64,000 bases of DNA, from positions 64,352 through 128,351 of the forward strand of contig JACMNQ010000075.1 in the NCBI GenBank assembly GCA_014378465.1. The letters are read 5' to 3'. The stretch comes from Oligoflexia bacterium. Its GTDB lineage: Bacteria > Bdellovibrionota > UBA1018. The translations under genes and the position numbers were made by a program. Positions 9,430 through 18,403 of the stretch are shown piece by piece. The notes below the pieces were generated by a model. The model did no database searches, was not told the DNA's origin, and saw nothing but the letters and a program-made list of their open reading frames with translations. How positions within the stretch are numbered: position 1 is the stretch's first letter; each line of letters opens with the position of its first letter.

Positions 9430-9457
9430 CTTGACGGCCTCCGTTTTGCTCCCATCT
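9430..9457 (+). promoter_or_regulatory. Sigma32 (RpoH)-type heat-shock promoter upstream of clpB
   Basis: CTTGACG, then a 13-nt spacer, then TCCCATCT. This matches the CTTGAAA-N13-15-CCCCATNT consensus and lies about 25 nt upstream of the clpB start. Confidence 0.45.
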
Positions 9458-9481
9458 TCTTAAGCACAGGAGCATCAGTTT

Positions 9482-12088
9482 ATGGCAGCCAAACTCACCA
9501 GTACCGCACAGGAAGCTTTTCAGCAGGCGCAGGCCGAAGCGATCCGCCGTGACCATCAGGAACTGCATCCGGAGCACCTCCTTCATGCCCTCCTGCAGGC
9601 AGGCGGCTCAACCGCTGATATCGTCGAACTTGCGGGGGTGAAGCCCTCCTTTCTTCTGAGTAAACTTGAAGCCGCGCTCAATCGTCTTCCGAAAGTCAGC
9701 GGAGGAAACGGGCAGATTTACACTTCCAATCTCCTCAGTCGATTGGTGGTCCATGCCGAGGACGAAGCCAAGAAACTCGGGGATGAATACGTTTCTGGAG
9801 AGCATTTTCTCATCGCGCTTCTGTCCTCACAGATGAAATCCTCAGAAGCTGCGAAGATCCTCAAGGACTCTGGACTGGAGCTCAAGCATCTGCAGTCCGC
9901 GATCGAACAAGTGAGGGGCGGAGCCCGAATCGAAGATGAAAATCCCGAAGCCAATTACAAGACGCTTGAAAAATACTGCAGGGATCTGACAGCCGCAGCC
10001 CGAGCGCAGAAGCTGGACCCCGTGATCGGACGCGACGAAGAGATTCGACGAGTGATTCAGGTGCTGTCTCGCCGCACGAAGAACAATCCCGTCCTCATCG
10101 GGGAGCCCGGAGTCGGCAAGACCGCGATCGCCGAAGGCCTGGCGACTCGAATCGTGAACGGGGATGTTCCGGAAACCTTGAAAGACAAGAAGCTCCTGGT
10201 TCTGGATCTCGGAGCCCTGATTGCGGGCGCGAAGTTCCGAGGCGAGTTCGAAGAGCGTCTGAAAGGCGTTCTGAAGGAAGTTCACGCTTCGGCAGGACAG
10301 ATCATTCTCTTCATTGATGAGCTTCACACGCTCGTGGGGGCAGGCGCGGCCGAAGGTTCGATGGACGCTTCGAACATGCTGAAGCCTGCTCTGGCACGCG
10401 GCGAAATTCACTGCATCGGAGCGACGACCCTGAACGAATACCGCAAGCACATTGAAAAGGACGCGGCACTCGAACGCCGCTTTCAGCCTGTGTACGTCAA
10501 GGAGCCGACTGTTGAAGATACCATCAGCATTCTGCGAGGACTCAAGGAGCGCTATGAAGTGCATCACGGAATTTCCATCCGCGATGCGGCTTTGGTCGCT
10601 GCCGCAACCCTTTCCAATCGTTACATCACGGATCGTTTCCTTCCGGACAAGGCCATTGATCTGATGGATGAAGCCTGCGCGAAGCTGCGCATGGAAGTCG
10701 ACTCACGTCCCGAAGTCGTCGATCAGCTCGAGCGCAAGATTCTGCGCTACGAAGTGGAGCGTCAGGCACTGAGAAAGGAACCGGATACCGCTTCGAAGGA
10801 ACGTCTCAAGCATCTTGAAGAGGAAATCGCCACACTCAAGGCTCAGAGCTCCGAACTGAGGGCTCGCTGGGAGCGCGAGAAGAAGGAAGTCGACGAAATC
10901 AAGAATCTCAAGGAACAGCTTGAAAGGATTCGCCTTGAATCCGAGGCGGCTGAACGCACCGGCAATCTCGAAAAGGCAGCCGAACTGAGGTATGGTCAGT
11001 TGCCGGCACTCCAGGCCCAGCTTGACGAGCGCACGAAGAAAGACAGCCGTGGACTGAAGTCGTCGCCGTCTCTCCTCAAGCAGGAAGTCACCGAGAACGA
11101 CATTGCGGATGTGGTCGCGAAATGGACGGGAGTTCCCGTGACTCGAATGCTGGAGAGTGAGCAGCAGAAGCTGATCCATATGGAGGAGCGTCTGGGTCAG
11201 AGAGTAGTCGGGCAGGCACCGGCACTCAAAGCGATCTCCAATGCGGTTCGTCGGTCACGGATCGGGCTGCAGGAAAAGCATCGTCCCATGGGATCATTCA
11301 TGTTCCTGGGTCCGACGGGGGTGGGAAAGACGGAAACTGCCAAGGCACTTGCGAGTTTTCTCTTTGATGACGAGCAGTCGCTCGTTCGCTTTGACATGAG
11401 TGAGTATATGGAAAAGCATTCAGTCGCTCGATTGCTGGGCGCTCCTCCCGGCTATGTCGGGTATGAAGAAGGCGGCAGTCTCACGGAGGCTGTTCGCAGA
11501 AGGCCCTATTCGGTTCTGCTCTTTGACGAGATCGAGAAAGCTCATCCCGATGTTTTCAACGTTTTTCTTCAGATCCTGGACGACGGGCGGGCGACTGACG
11601 GCCAAGGCCGGACTGTCGACTTCACGAACACTCTGATCATCATGACTTCGAACATCGGCAGTCACTTCATCCTCGAAGAAAGTGACGTGAAGAAGCGCGA
11701 TCACGGAGTGATGAAACTCGTGCAACAGCATTTCAAGCCGGAGTTTTTAAACCGAATTGATGAAGTGGTGATCTTCTCTCACCTGGCTGTTGCGCAGATG
11801 CGTTCGATCATTGATCAGTACATTGGAAAACTGAACGAGATGTTGAAAGAGCGAGGAGTGGTGCTGAGCTTTGATCAGAAGGCGCTCGATCTGCTTTCGG
11901 AACGAGGTTACGACCGGGATTACGGAGCAAGACCGATGAAACGCGTGTTTCAGCGCGAAGTTCAAAATGTGCTGGCCCTCAAACTTCTGGAAGGCGCCTG
12001 TCCTCCAGGATCCACTGTTCAAGTCAGCGTGAACAATGGGGAGCTCAGCTTCGAAGCTTCGGAGTTGAGCGGCAAAAAAGTGGGTTAA
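9482..12088 (+). CDS. clpB: ATP-dependent disaggregase ClpB
   Basis: 868 aa. Two AAA+ modules ('GEPGVGKT', 'GPTGVGKT') separated by a coiled-coil M-domain. N-terminal Clp_N repeats. Confidence 0.92.
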   Translation: MAAKLTSTAQEAFQQAQAEAIRRDHQELHPEHLLHALLQAGGSTADIVELAGVKPSFLLSKLEAALNRLPKVSGGNGQIYTSNLLSRLVVHAEDEAKKLGDEYVSGEHFLIALLSSQMKSSEAAKILKDSGLELKHLQSAIEQVRGGARIEDENPEANYKTLEKYCRDLTAAARAQKLDPVIGRDEEIRRVIQVLSRRTKNNPVLIGEPGVGKTAIAEGLATRIVNGDVPETLKDKKLLVLDLGALIAGAKFRGEFEERLKGVLKEVHASAGQIILFIDELHTLVGAGAAEGSMDASNMLKPALARGEIHCIGATTLNEYRKHIEKDAALERRFQPVYVKEPTVEDTISILRGLKERYEVHHGISIRDAALVAAATLSNRYITDRFLPDKAIDLMDEACAKLRMEVDSRPEVVDQLERKILRYEVERQALRKEPDTASKERLKHLEEEIATLKAQSSELRARWEREKKEVDEIKNLKEQLERIRLESEAAERTGNLEKAAELRYGQLPALQAQLDERTKKDSRGLKSSPSLLKQEVTENDIADVVAKWTGVPVTRMLESEQQKLIHMEERLGQRVVGQAPALKAISNAVRRSRIGLQEKHRPMGSFMFLGPTGVGKTETAKALASFLFDDEQSLVRFDMSEYMEKHSVARLLGAPPGYVGYEEGGSLTEAVRRRPYSVLLFDEIEKAHPDVFNVFLQILDDGRATDGQGRTVDFTNTLIIMTSNIGSHFILEESDVKKRDHGVMKLVQQHFKPEFLNRIDEVVIFSHLAVAQMRSIIDQYIGKLNEMLKERGVVLSFDQKALDLLSERGYDRDYGARPMKRVFQREVQNVLALKLLEGACPPGSTVQVSVNNGELSFEASELSGKKVG

Positions 12089-12272
12089 ACCGCTGGAAAA
12101 CGGGCAACTCTGTAGACACGCCGAGTTATCAAGGAATTTAACTGTGGATTGGCGTGCATCATATCTATGACAAATGGCCTATTTGGAGTGGATATTCATT
12201 TCCTCCCCCGGGCTTTTATGGAAGGATGGGCAGAACGTCAAGTTTTGTATCACTTCCAAGTGCAGGGGAAAA

Positions 12273-12581
12273 ATGGATATCACAGAGATTAAAATCTTTC
12301 CGGTCAACGAAGATAAGCTGAAAGCTTATATCACGATCGTGTTGGATAACTGTTTTGTGGTGCGAGATCTCAAGATCATCAGCGGGAACGGCGGACTCTT
12401 TGTGGCCATGCCGAGCAAACGCCGAAAAGACGGCGTTTTCAAAGACATCGCACATCCTCTCAATCAAGGCACTCGTACCGTCATGGAAAATAAAATTCTC
12501 GACGCTTACCTCGCTGAAATCAAGCGCTTGGGGAAACCGGTCACCCAGACTGCAGATCAGGCTGAAAGAGAAGATTCCTAG
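12273..12581 (+). CDS. spoVG: Septation and regulatory protein SpoVG
   Basis: 'MDITEIKIFPVNEDKLKAYITIVLDNCFVVRDLKIISGNGGLFVAMPSKRRKDGVFKDIAHPLN' matches SpoVG throughout. AGGGGAAAA RBS. The ORF-track start at 12174 is an upstream extension. Confidence 0.85.
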   Translation: MDITEIKIFPVNEDKLKAYITIVLDNCFVVRDLKIISGNGGLFVAMPSKRRKDGVFKDIAHPLNQGTRTVMENKILDAYLAEIKRLGKPVTQTADQAEREDS

Positions 12582-12633
12582 AATCCACCGTTTGCTCCGC
12601 CCTATGACCTGTGTTACGATCTACGAGTCGTAT

Positions 12634-12710
12634 TGGCCTGTAGACAAGTGGCTTAAGTCACTGGATTTTGATTCCAGCATTCCTAGGTTCGAATCCTAGC
12701 AGGCCAGCCA
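12634..12710 (+). tRNA. tRNA-Gln (anticodon UUG)
   Basis: 77 nt. Acceptor TGGCCTG / CAGGCCA with discriminator G and CCA. Anticodon stem CTGGA / TCCAG with loop TTTTGAT (UUG). T-arm CTAGGTTCGAATCCTAG. Close match to the E. coli tRNA-Gln pattern. Confidence 0.85.
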
Positions 12711-12717
12711 ATTCACG

Positions 12718-12757
12718 AAAAAAGCCTCGCTCTTCCGGAGCGAGGCTTTTTTATTTT
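12718..12757. terminator. Bidirectional Rho-independent terminator
   Basis: 11-bp perfect stem AAGCCTCGCTC / GAGCGAGGCTT flanked by an A-run upstream and TTTTTTATTTT downstream. It serves tRNA-Gln/spoVG on the plus strand and the convergent minus-strand lipoprotein gene. Confidence 0.65.
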
Positions 12758-12785
12758 GTGGATTTCATTTCCCGCGGAAACGAAA

Positions 12786-13283
12786 TCAGTTCGTTGGAAC
12801 GGAACCTGCCTGTTGATCCAGCTGGCTCTGTCCCCTGTTCAATTCGTCTTTTTTCTGCTGAATCTTGGCCTGGGACTTTTCAAGGTCCTGAAGCTCCTTG
12901 GCATTTTTCGCACGGAGATTGTTCACTTCCTGGGTGTAGGCGCTCTGGTAAGGGGGAACTTTGTCCTTCATGCAGATTGAGTCATTCTTGCCGTCCTTGA
13001 CGTCGTTTTTAGCGCGCCCGGCATCACAGTAGTTGGCAAGTCCGACTTGGCGACCGTAGTTGTATTTGTCTTCCGCAATGGCGACGCCCTGGCCACTGCA
13101 TTGACCTTTCATCTGCTGAAGGCGGTCCGTGGTCTTGCCGTCTTTGCCGTCTTCAAGGCCCATCTGGTAGAAGTCTGCGGATTCACAGTCTTGCTTGGAC
13201 ATGCCGTGTGAACAGGCGGTGAGGCCCATGAGTCCGGTGAGTGCGAGAGTGAGCAAAGAGCGAGTGGTCAATGAGGTAGTCAT
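12786..13283 (-). CDS. Cys-rich lipoprotein with 'YxxGxxDGxxG'-type repeats (DUF2799-like) and a coiled-coil C-terminus
   Basis: Signal peptide with lipobox ('LTGLMGLTACS'). Motifs 'FYQMGLEDGKDG' and 'NYCDAGRAKNDVKDGKN'. K/Q/E-rich C-terminus. Confidence 0.5.
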   Translation of the reverse strand: MTTSLTTRSLLTLALTGLMGLTACSHGMSKQDCESADFYQMGLEDGKDGKTTDRLQQMKGQCSGQGVAIAEDKYNYGRQVGLANYCDAGRAKNDVKDGKNDSICMKDKVPPYQSAYTQEVNNLRAKNAKELQDLEKSQAKIQQKKDELNRGQSQLDQQAGSVPTN

Positions 13284-13370
13284 GTTGATTTCCAATCGGG
13301 ATGGAGGTGATGGATGCAGATCTCAAGGGCCATTATCGGCTGATTGAGGCTCTGCAAGGTTGCTGAAAGT

Positions 13371-13991
13371 TCATGGACACTGTCTGACAGTGGCCGAAGA
13401 ATGAAGGCGGCAGTTCGGCGGAAGTGCACAGACGCTGCCTGAAAAGCCGGTCGGAGCCTTGCCTTTGGAGAGATTCCAGAGGGTATCGACCTGAATGACC
13501 GCGTGATCGAGGTCAGTGCAATCCACTGCACCGGCCAGATCGAGCGTGGGAAACGCGGTACAGCCCGGAGTCCCGGTCGCGCCCCTGATGCCGACGCTTC
13601 CGACCGTGTTGTCGGTGATCGAAAGATTGAAGGTCCCATTCGGAAGCATTTTGAAATTTCCGTCGATTTTACCATTTCCATCCTTGGACCGGACCGTGAT
13701 CGAGAGTTTCTTGCAGTCAGCCTGAAACAGGAAACCCGAAGGGGCCTGGCTGAGCTCGATGAACTGCGCAGGGGTATCACATTCGAGAGCTCCCATCTTG
13801 GCCGGAGCGGCGTCCGGGAGCGTCCCCAGAGTGCATTGGGATCCGAAATAGGTAGTCCCTTTGACGACCTTTTCGCCATCCACTGGGGCGATTTCCCCGT
13901 CCACGGTCTGCTTGCCGCAACCGGAGTAAACGAGAGCCGAAGACAACATTCCCATTCCCCAGATCATGTGCCGAAGCATCTGACTTTTCAT
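13371..13991 (-). CDS. Hypothetical Cys-rich secreted or lipoprotein
   Basis: 'MKSQMLRHMIWGMGMLSSALVYSGC' is signal-peptide-like. Mature part is Gly/Thr/Asp-rich with 9 Cys. Alternative-frame ORFs on both strands look like Arg-rich GC artifacts. Confidence 0.4.
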   Translation of the reverse strand: MKSQMLRHMIWGMGMLSSALVYSGCGKQTVDGEIAPVDGEKVVKGTTYFGSQCTLGTLPDAAPAKMGALECDTPAQFIELSQAPSGFLFQADCKKLSITVRSKDGNGKIDGNFKMLPNGTFNLSITDNTVGSVGIRGATGTPGCTAFPTLDLAGAVDCTDLDHAVIQVDTLWNLSKGKAPTGFSGSVCALPPNCRLHSSATVRQCP

Positions 13992-14266
13992 GGGCAGCGA
14001 AGATTGCAAAAGCGGAGCCAGACGACCGGCTGATTTCCGTTTTCCCGCCATTGCTCGTCTGGGCGGGGATCACACTGGAGGGGTGGGAAGGAGCAGGGAT
14101 GCCTGCCTTTCAAAAGTTTCTCAAGCAATGGTTGTGCATTGTAAAATGCTTGAACGTGCAGACTCAACGAGAAAACCTGGAATAACGCAATGCATGAGCT
14201 CTGATTCCAGAGCACTTTCGAGAAGGTTCATGTGTTATGCTTTTTCAATACCCTCCCGAGGAAGTT

Positions 14267-14839
14267 ATGGTCCGTTCTCGAAAATCAACGCTGACTTTTG
14301 ATTCTCTTTTCTTTGCCACCCCTGAGCAGAAGATCATGAGATTTCTTTTCAATTCGCCCACCACCTCTTTTCCGATTCGCGCCATGTCCACTCGTCTGAA
14401 AGGAGTCAGGGGGTTGGGAGGAGCGGAAGGGCTGACGAAAATTCTGACCGAACTGCACGAAGCCGGAATGGTCAGCTTTGTGGACCATGACCGGGCCGTA
14501 AGGCTGGTGGACGATCACTGTTATGTGCAGGTGCTCAAGACGTTCTCCGCCCTCTGCGATCTTGAAGGTCTGAAGGCCTCACTTGAACCAATTTCCTCCA
14601 AGGGAATTCTCTTCGGAAGCCACGCTCAGGGCCGGGCCTGCACCGACGCCGAGTACGATCTCTTCGTCGTGACGTCGATTCCCGAAGAAGTCAGAAAAAC
14701 GGCTTCCCATCATCCTCTCGGAAAACTGATCGCGCTGACAGCCTGGACTCCCGAGCACTATCAGGACATGGAAAAAAAGGACAAGAAGCTCGCCTTGAAA
14801 CTCGCGACCGGAATTGTCCTCTGGGGTGAGTCGTGGTGA
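14267..14839 (+). CDS. Winged-helix domain fused to a minimal Pol-beta-type nucleotidyltransferase (MNT-like)
   Basis: 'LFGSHAQGRACTDAEYDLFVV' fits the G[SG]x9-13Dx[DE] NTase signature. N-terminal approximately 90 aa resembles a wHTH. GAGGAAG RBS before the ATG at 14267; the ORF-track start at 14237 is also possible. Confidence 0.5.
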   Translation: MVRSRKSTLTFDSLFFATPEQKIMRFLFNSPTTSFPIRAMSTRLKGVRGLGGAEGLTKILTELHEAGMVSFVDHDRAVRLVDDHCYVQVLKTFSALCDLEGLKASLEPISSKGILFGSHAQGRACTDAEYDLFVVTSIPEEVRKTASHHPLGKLIALTAWTPEHYQDMEKKDKKLALKLATGIVLWGESW

Positions 14840-15477
14840 ACTGGTGTCCGACTTGCCGAAAATCCGCTTCTGCAGTCACTTCTGAGACCGTGAGAAGTTC
14901 GGCCTTCTACCTCAAGTTTGATTTCAGCCGGGAGGCGCTCAAGATTTTTCCGGAAGTCGCGGCGATCATGAAGACTGAAGGGGCCTATAAGGTTTCTGCC
15001 GTGGTATGGATGACGCCACTCGACACTCTGGTCCAGGTGACCGGTCTCGCTTTTCATCCTTCCGCGATGTACGTCGCGGTCAAAGCCCCCACTCTGGAAG
15101 GCACCGAGATCTGGATCGGCGCGCTGAAGCTGCAGGAGAATTTTGAAAGGGCGGGAGGCTCTGAGAAGATCTCACGTCCTCTCCTCACTTTTTCTTCCGG
15201 GAAACTTGAAGGACTGCAGCTGAAAAATCCTCTGACCAGTGAACTCGTGACCCTAGTGAAGAGCGATCAGGTTCCACTGGAGCAGGGGAGTGGTTTTGTC
15301 AGTTTCGCAGGCGACGCCACGGGGTCGTGGATGCAGCTGGGTCCCTCTACGACAGAATCCGCCGAAGTCCTCGAAGAACTGCGCGATTCGGGCAAGCTCG
15401 TTCAGCAAACTCCGCTCGAACAGAAGGTTTTCCGTTGCGGAACCTGTCAGAATCAGACGGTATTACGTTTTACTTAG
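14833..15477 (+). CDS. Hypothetical protein whose N- and C-terminal CxxC pairs may form a terminal zinc ribbon
   Basis: 'CPTCRK' at residues 5-10 and 'CGTCQN' at the C-terminus. GTG start overlaps the NTase stop (translational coupling). No recognisable HEPN Rx4-6H motif. Confidence 0.35.
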   Translation: MVNWCPTCRKSASAVTSETVRSSAFYLKFDFSREALKIFPEVAAIMKTEGAYKVSAVVWMTPLDTLVQVTGLAFHPSAMYVAVKAPTLEGTEIWIGALKLQENFERAGGSEKISRPLLTFSSGKLEGLQLKNPLTSELVTLVKSDQVPLEQGSGFVSFAGDATGSWMQLGPSTTESAEVLEELRDSGKLVQQTPLEQKVFRCGTCQNQTVLRFT

Positions 15478-15516
15478 TCCCACTTGGGCGTTATCTTAGC
15501 GTTTGGAGAGTTCATC

Positions 15517-16080
15517 ATGAATCGAAAGTATTTATTTCTGGGAAGTTTGACGGGCAGCGTGGTGATCCTGGATCAAGTCACGAAGTACCTCATTCATCAC
15601 AAGTTTCGTCTGGGCGAGAGCATTCCCATGATCCAGAATTTCTTTCATCTCACCTATGTAAGAAACACGGGAGCCGCCTTTGGCCTTCTGGCTGATGCGA
15701 ACCCCGCCTTCCGAGTTCCCTTCTTCGTGATCGTTCCGATCGTGGCGCTTGCCGCGATCGCCTACATCTTCAAGAAGATCCCGGCGGATGACATCAAGCT
15801 GTCCTGCGCACTTTCCCTTGTGGTGGGCGGCGCCGTCGGCAATCTGATCGACCGCGTGTACTTCGGCTTCGTGATCGATTTTCTGGACTTCTTCATCGGA
15901 GTCAATCATTTCCCGGCCTTCAACGTCGCGGACTCCGCAATCTGCGTGGGTGTGGGCCTTCTGATGCTCGACCTCCTCGTTCAGCAGCAACCGGTGTCGA
16001 CCACCACGAGTCCGTCTGATGGCACGAACGACACTGCCTCGAAAAGCGTGAAAGACACTCATGTTTCCTCTTCTCTTTAA
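15517..16080 (+). CDS. lspA: Lipoprotein signal peptidase II
   Basis: 'FHLTYVRNTGAAFG' and 'GGAVGNLIDR...FNVADSAI' match LspA catalytic regions. GGAGAG RBS. C-terminal Ser/Thr-rich tail. Confidence 0.85.
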   Translation: MNRKYLFLGSLTGSVVILDQVTKYLIHHKFRLGESIPMIQNFFHLTYVRNTGAAFGLLADANPAFRVPFFVIVPIVALAAIAYIFKKIPADDIKLSCALSLVVGGAVGNLIDRVYFGFVIDFLDFFIGVNHFPAFNVADSAICVGVGLLMLDLLVQQQPVSTTTSPSDGTNDTASKSVKDTHVSSSL

Positions 16081-16864
16081 AATCGGCCCGATCCCGATCC
16101 ACACTTACGGATTTCTGATCGCCGTGGGTTTTCTGATTGCCGTGAGCGTGATCAAGCGACTCACCCTTCGAACTGGACTCAATGAAGAGCGAGTGCTCGA
16201 TCTCACGTTCTGGTCCCTGGCAGTCGGCTTCGTTGGAGCTCGCCTGCTGTTCGTCATCACCCGTTTGAACTCATTCATGGCGGATCCGGCCTCCATTCTC
16301 CGGGTGTGGGAAGGCGGCCTTGTGTTTTTCGGCGGGCCACTCGCCGTGGTGCCCTTCCTCATCTGGTATGTTCGCAAATACAAACTTCCGGTCTGGAAGG
16401 TGATGGACATCTTCGCTCCGGGTCTCGTGATCGCCCATGCTTTCGGCCGACTGGGCTGCCTCGCCGCGGGCTGCTGTTATGGCAAACCGACTGATATGCC
16501 CTGGGGGATCCGCCTTCATTCAGATCTCGTGGATCGGACGATGCAGGATATCCCTCTGCACCCGACTCAGCTTTACGAGTCCTTTGCTCTCATCATCCTC
16601 TTCTTCGGTCTGATGCAGGTTTTCAGGAAAAAGACTTTTGACGGACAGGTCGTGCTGACTTATTTCATCGTCTATCCGATCATCCGGAGCGTCGTGGAAG
16701 TTTTTCGCGGAGACCTGATCCGAGGCTTCGTCATTGACGACCTTCTTTCGACGAGCCAGTTCATTTCGCTCATCGTCTTCATCCTGGGACTGGTGGCACT
16801 CATGTACCGACTCAAGAAGGTGCATCCTGAAGTCACGCGTGTGAATGCCGGTGCGAATGTATGA
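16061..16864 (+). CDS. lgt: Prolipoprotein diacylglyceryl transferase
   Basis: 'HTYGFLIAVGF', 'HPTQLYES' and 'GRLGCLAAGCCYGKPT' are Lgt signatures. Overlaps lspA by 20 nt. Confidence 0.85.
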   Translation: MFPLLFKIGPIPIHTYGFLIAVGFLIAVSVIKRLTLRTGLNEERVLDLTFWSLAVGFVGARLLFVITRLNSFMADPASILRVWEGGLVFFGGPLAVVPFLIWYVRKYKLPVWKVMDIFAPGLVIAHAFGRLGCLAAGCCYGKPTDMPWGIRLHSDLVDRTMQDIPLHPTQLYESFALIILFFGLMQVFRKKTFDGQVVLTYFIVYPIIRSVVEVFRGDLIRGFVIDDLLSTSQFISLIVFILGLVALMYRLKKVHPEVTRVNAGANV

Positions 16865-17514
16865 ATGGCACCTTGAGCTCCCTGAACTCTCCGCACTCAG
16901 CCATCATTCTGGTCATCGCTTTTCTGCTGGGCTCAATTCCTTTCGGGCTGCTGGTGGCACGTCTGTTTCAGGTCAAGGATCTCTCCTCCCGGGGGAGCGG
17001 CAATATCGGAGCGACCAATGTGAGTCGAGTGCTGGGCTTCTGGCCTGCAGGTGCGATGACTCTGGCACTGGACATGTTCAAGGGGATGCTCCCCGTGATT
17101 CTGCTCCTTCCGCCCGTCCTTGCAATCTGGGCAGATGCAGCTGGACTGCCGAGTACTGAGGTTTCGCCCATGCTGATCTGGGCGACCGGCCTCGCGGCGG
17201 TTCTTGGCCATTGCTACTCACCGTGGTTGAAGTTCAAGGGAGGCAAAGGAGTCGCGACCGGTTTCGGAGTGCTCCTCATTCTCTCGCCCTGGAGCGCGCT
17301 CACCGGCTTCGCGGCGTTCGTGATCACCTTTCTTTCCAGGAGAACGGGCTCCCTCTCCAGTCTGGCTGGCCTGATGGTCGCGTCGATCACCCATCTCATT
17401 CTCTATTCCACCGCCGGCTACCTGTGGTTCGGAGCGCTGCTCATTCTGGTGATTCTGATTCGCCATGAGTCCAACCTGAACGCGCTTCTTGAGAGCCGTG
17501 AAAAAACTTTCTAA
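16861..17514 (+). CDS. plsY: Glycerol-3-phosphate acyltransferase PlsY
   Basis: 'GSGNIGATNVSRVLG' PlsY signature. Polytopic membrane protein. ATGA overlap with lgt. Confidence 0.85.
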   Translation: MNGTLSSLNSPHSAIILVIAFLLGSIPFGLLVARLFQVKDLSSRGSGNIGATNVSRVLGFWPAGAMTLALDMFKGMLPVILLLPPVLAIWADAAGLPSTEVSPMLIWATGLAAVLGHCYSPWLKFKGGKGVATGFGVLLILSPWSALTGFAAFVITFLSRRTGSLSSLAGLMVASITHLILYSTAGYLWFGALLILVILIRHESNLNALLESREKTF

Positions 17515-18403
17515 TAGACGGATTTTTTTCGCAGTCCTGGTCCTGGCCAGTGCTCTCGGCTGTGGCAGGTGTGAAGCCGTGGAAATTGTGGATTCCACCG
17601 GGGCAAAAATCAAAGTTCCCACCCATGCCGAGCGAGTGGTGACCCTGGCTCCCTCTTTATCTGAACTTGTGGTTGAACTTTCCAGCTCACCTTCCGTCGC
17701 ACTCAAGCGCCTGGTGGGCGTGAGCGAATTCTCGGACTTTCCGCCCGAAGTGAAAAAGGTCCGCCAGGTGGGGCCCTATTACCGAGTTCATCTCGAAGCT
17801 GTTCTCGGACTGAGGCCGGATCTCGTGCTCGCGACTTCGGATGGAAACTCGCAGGAGCAGGTCTCGAGACTCCGCGAAGCGGGAGTTCCCGTGGTTGTCG
17901 TGGCGACTCAGAGCCTGAAAGGGATTGAAGAGTCGATCTCGCTCGTGGCTCAGGCACTGGGGGAACGACCACGCGGAGAAGTGATGTTGACGAAACTTCG
18001 AAGCGGGCTTGCGGACATTCGGAAGCGCAACCAGTCTCGCACTCACCCGAAGGTTCTGCTCCAGGTGGGTGATGAACCTCTTGTGGTCGCTGGAGGAAAA
18101 TCCTTTCTCCACGAAGCTCTCGAAACCGTCGGAGCAGTCAATGTCTATGCGGACGCTCAGCAGGCCTATCCCAAACCTTCGCTCGAAGACGCCCTTCGAA
18201 GAAACGCCGACACCATTCTGGTTCTGGCCATGACCGATGATCTCAATCCGTATCAGAAGTTTGCAAGGAAATGGGAAGCCTTTCCTTCCGTATCCGCCGT
18301 GAAAAATCACCGGATCAAAGTGATCCAGGGGGATCGCATCCTTCGTCCGACTTTGCGACTGCTGGATGGCCTGAAGGAACTGGAGAAAGCGATCCGTGAA
18401 TAA
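17489..18403 (+). CDS. ABC transporter periplasmic substrate-binding lipoprotein (BtuF/FhuD/HmuT-like, class III)
   Basis: Lipobox 'LASALGC'. 'VVTLAPSLSELVVEL' is typical of B12/siderophore/heme binding proteins. Overlaps the plsY 3' end. Confidence 0.7.
   Translation: MRAVKKLSNRRIFFAVLVLASALGCGRCEAVEIVDSTGAKIKVPTHAERVVTLAPSLSELVVELSSSPSVALKRLVGVSEFSDFPPEVKKVRQVGPYYRVHLEAVLGLRPDLVLATSDGNSQEQVSRLREAGVPVVVVATQSLKGIEESISLVAQALGERPRGEVMLTKLRSGLADIRKRNQSRTHPKVLLQVGDEPLVVAGGKSFLHEALETVGAVNVYADAQQAYPKPSLEDALRRNADTILVLAMTDDLNPYQKFARKWEAFPSVSAVKNHRIKVIQGDRILRPTLRLLDGLKELEKAIRE

Noticed and set aside
9842-10567. 241-aa minus-strand ORF inside clpB
   Set aside because: Antisense to a highly conserved AAA+ gene. 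No independent signal.
13280-14033. Alternative-frame ORFs (13280..13879 minus, 13503..14033 plus) overlapping the Cys-rich lipoprotein gene
   Set aside because: Arg-rich composition typical of off-frame translation of GC-rich coding DNA. The 13371..13991 minus frame has a signal peptide and coherent composition.
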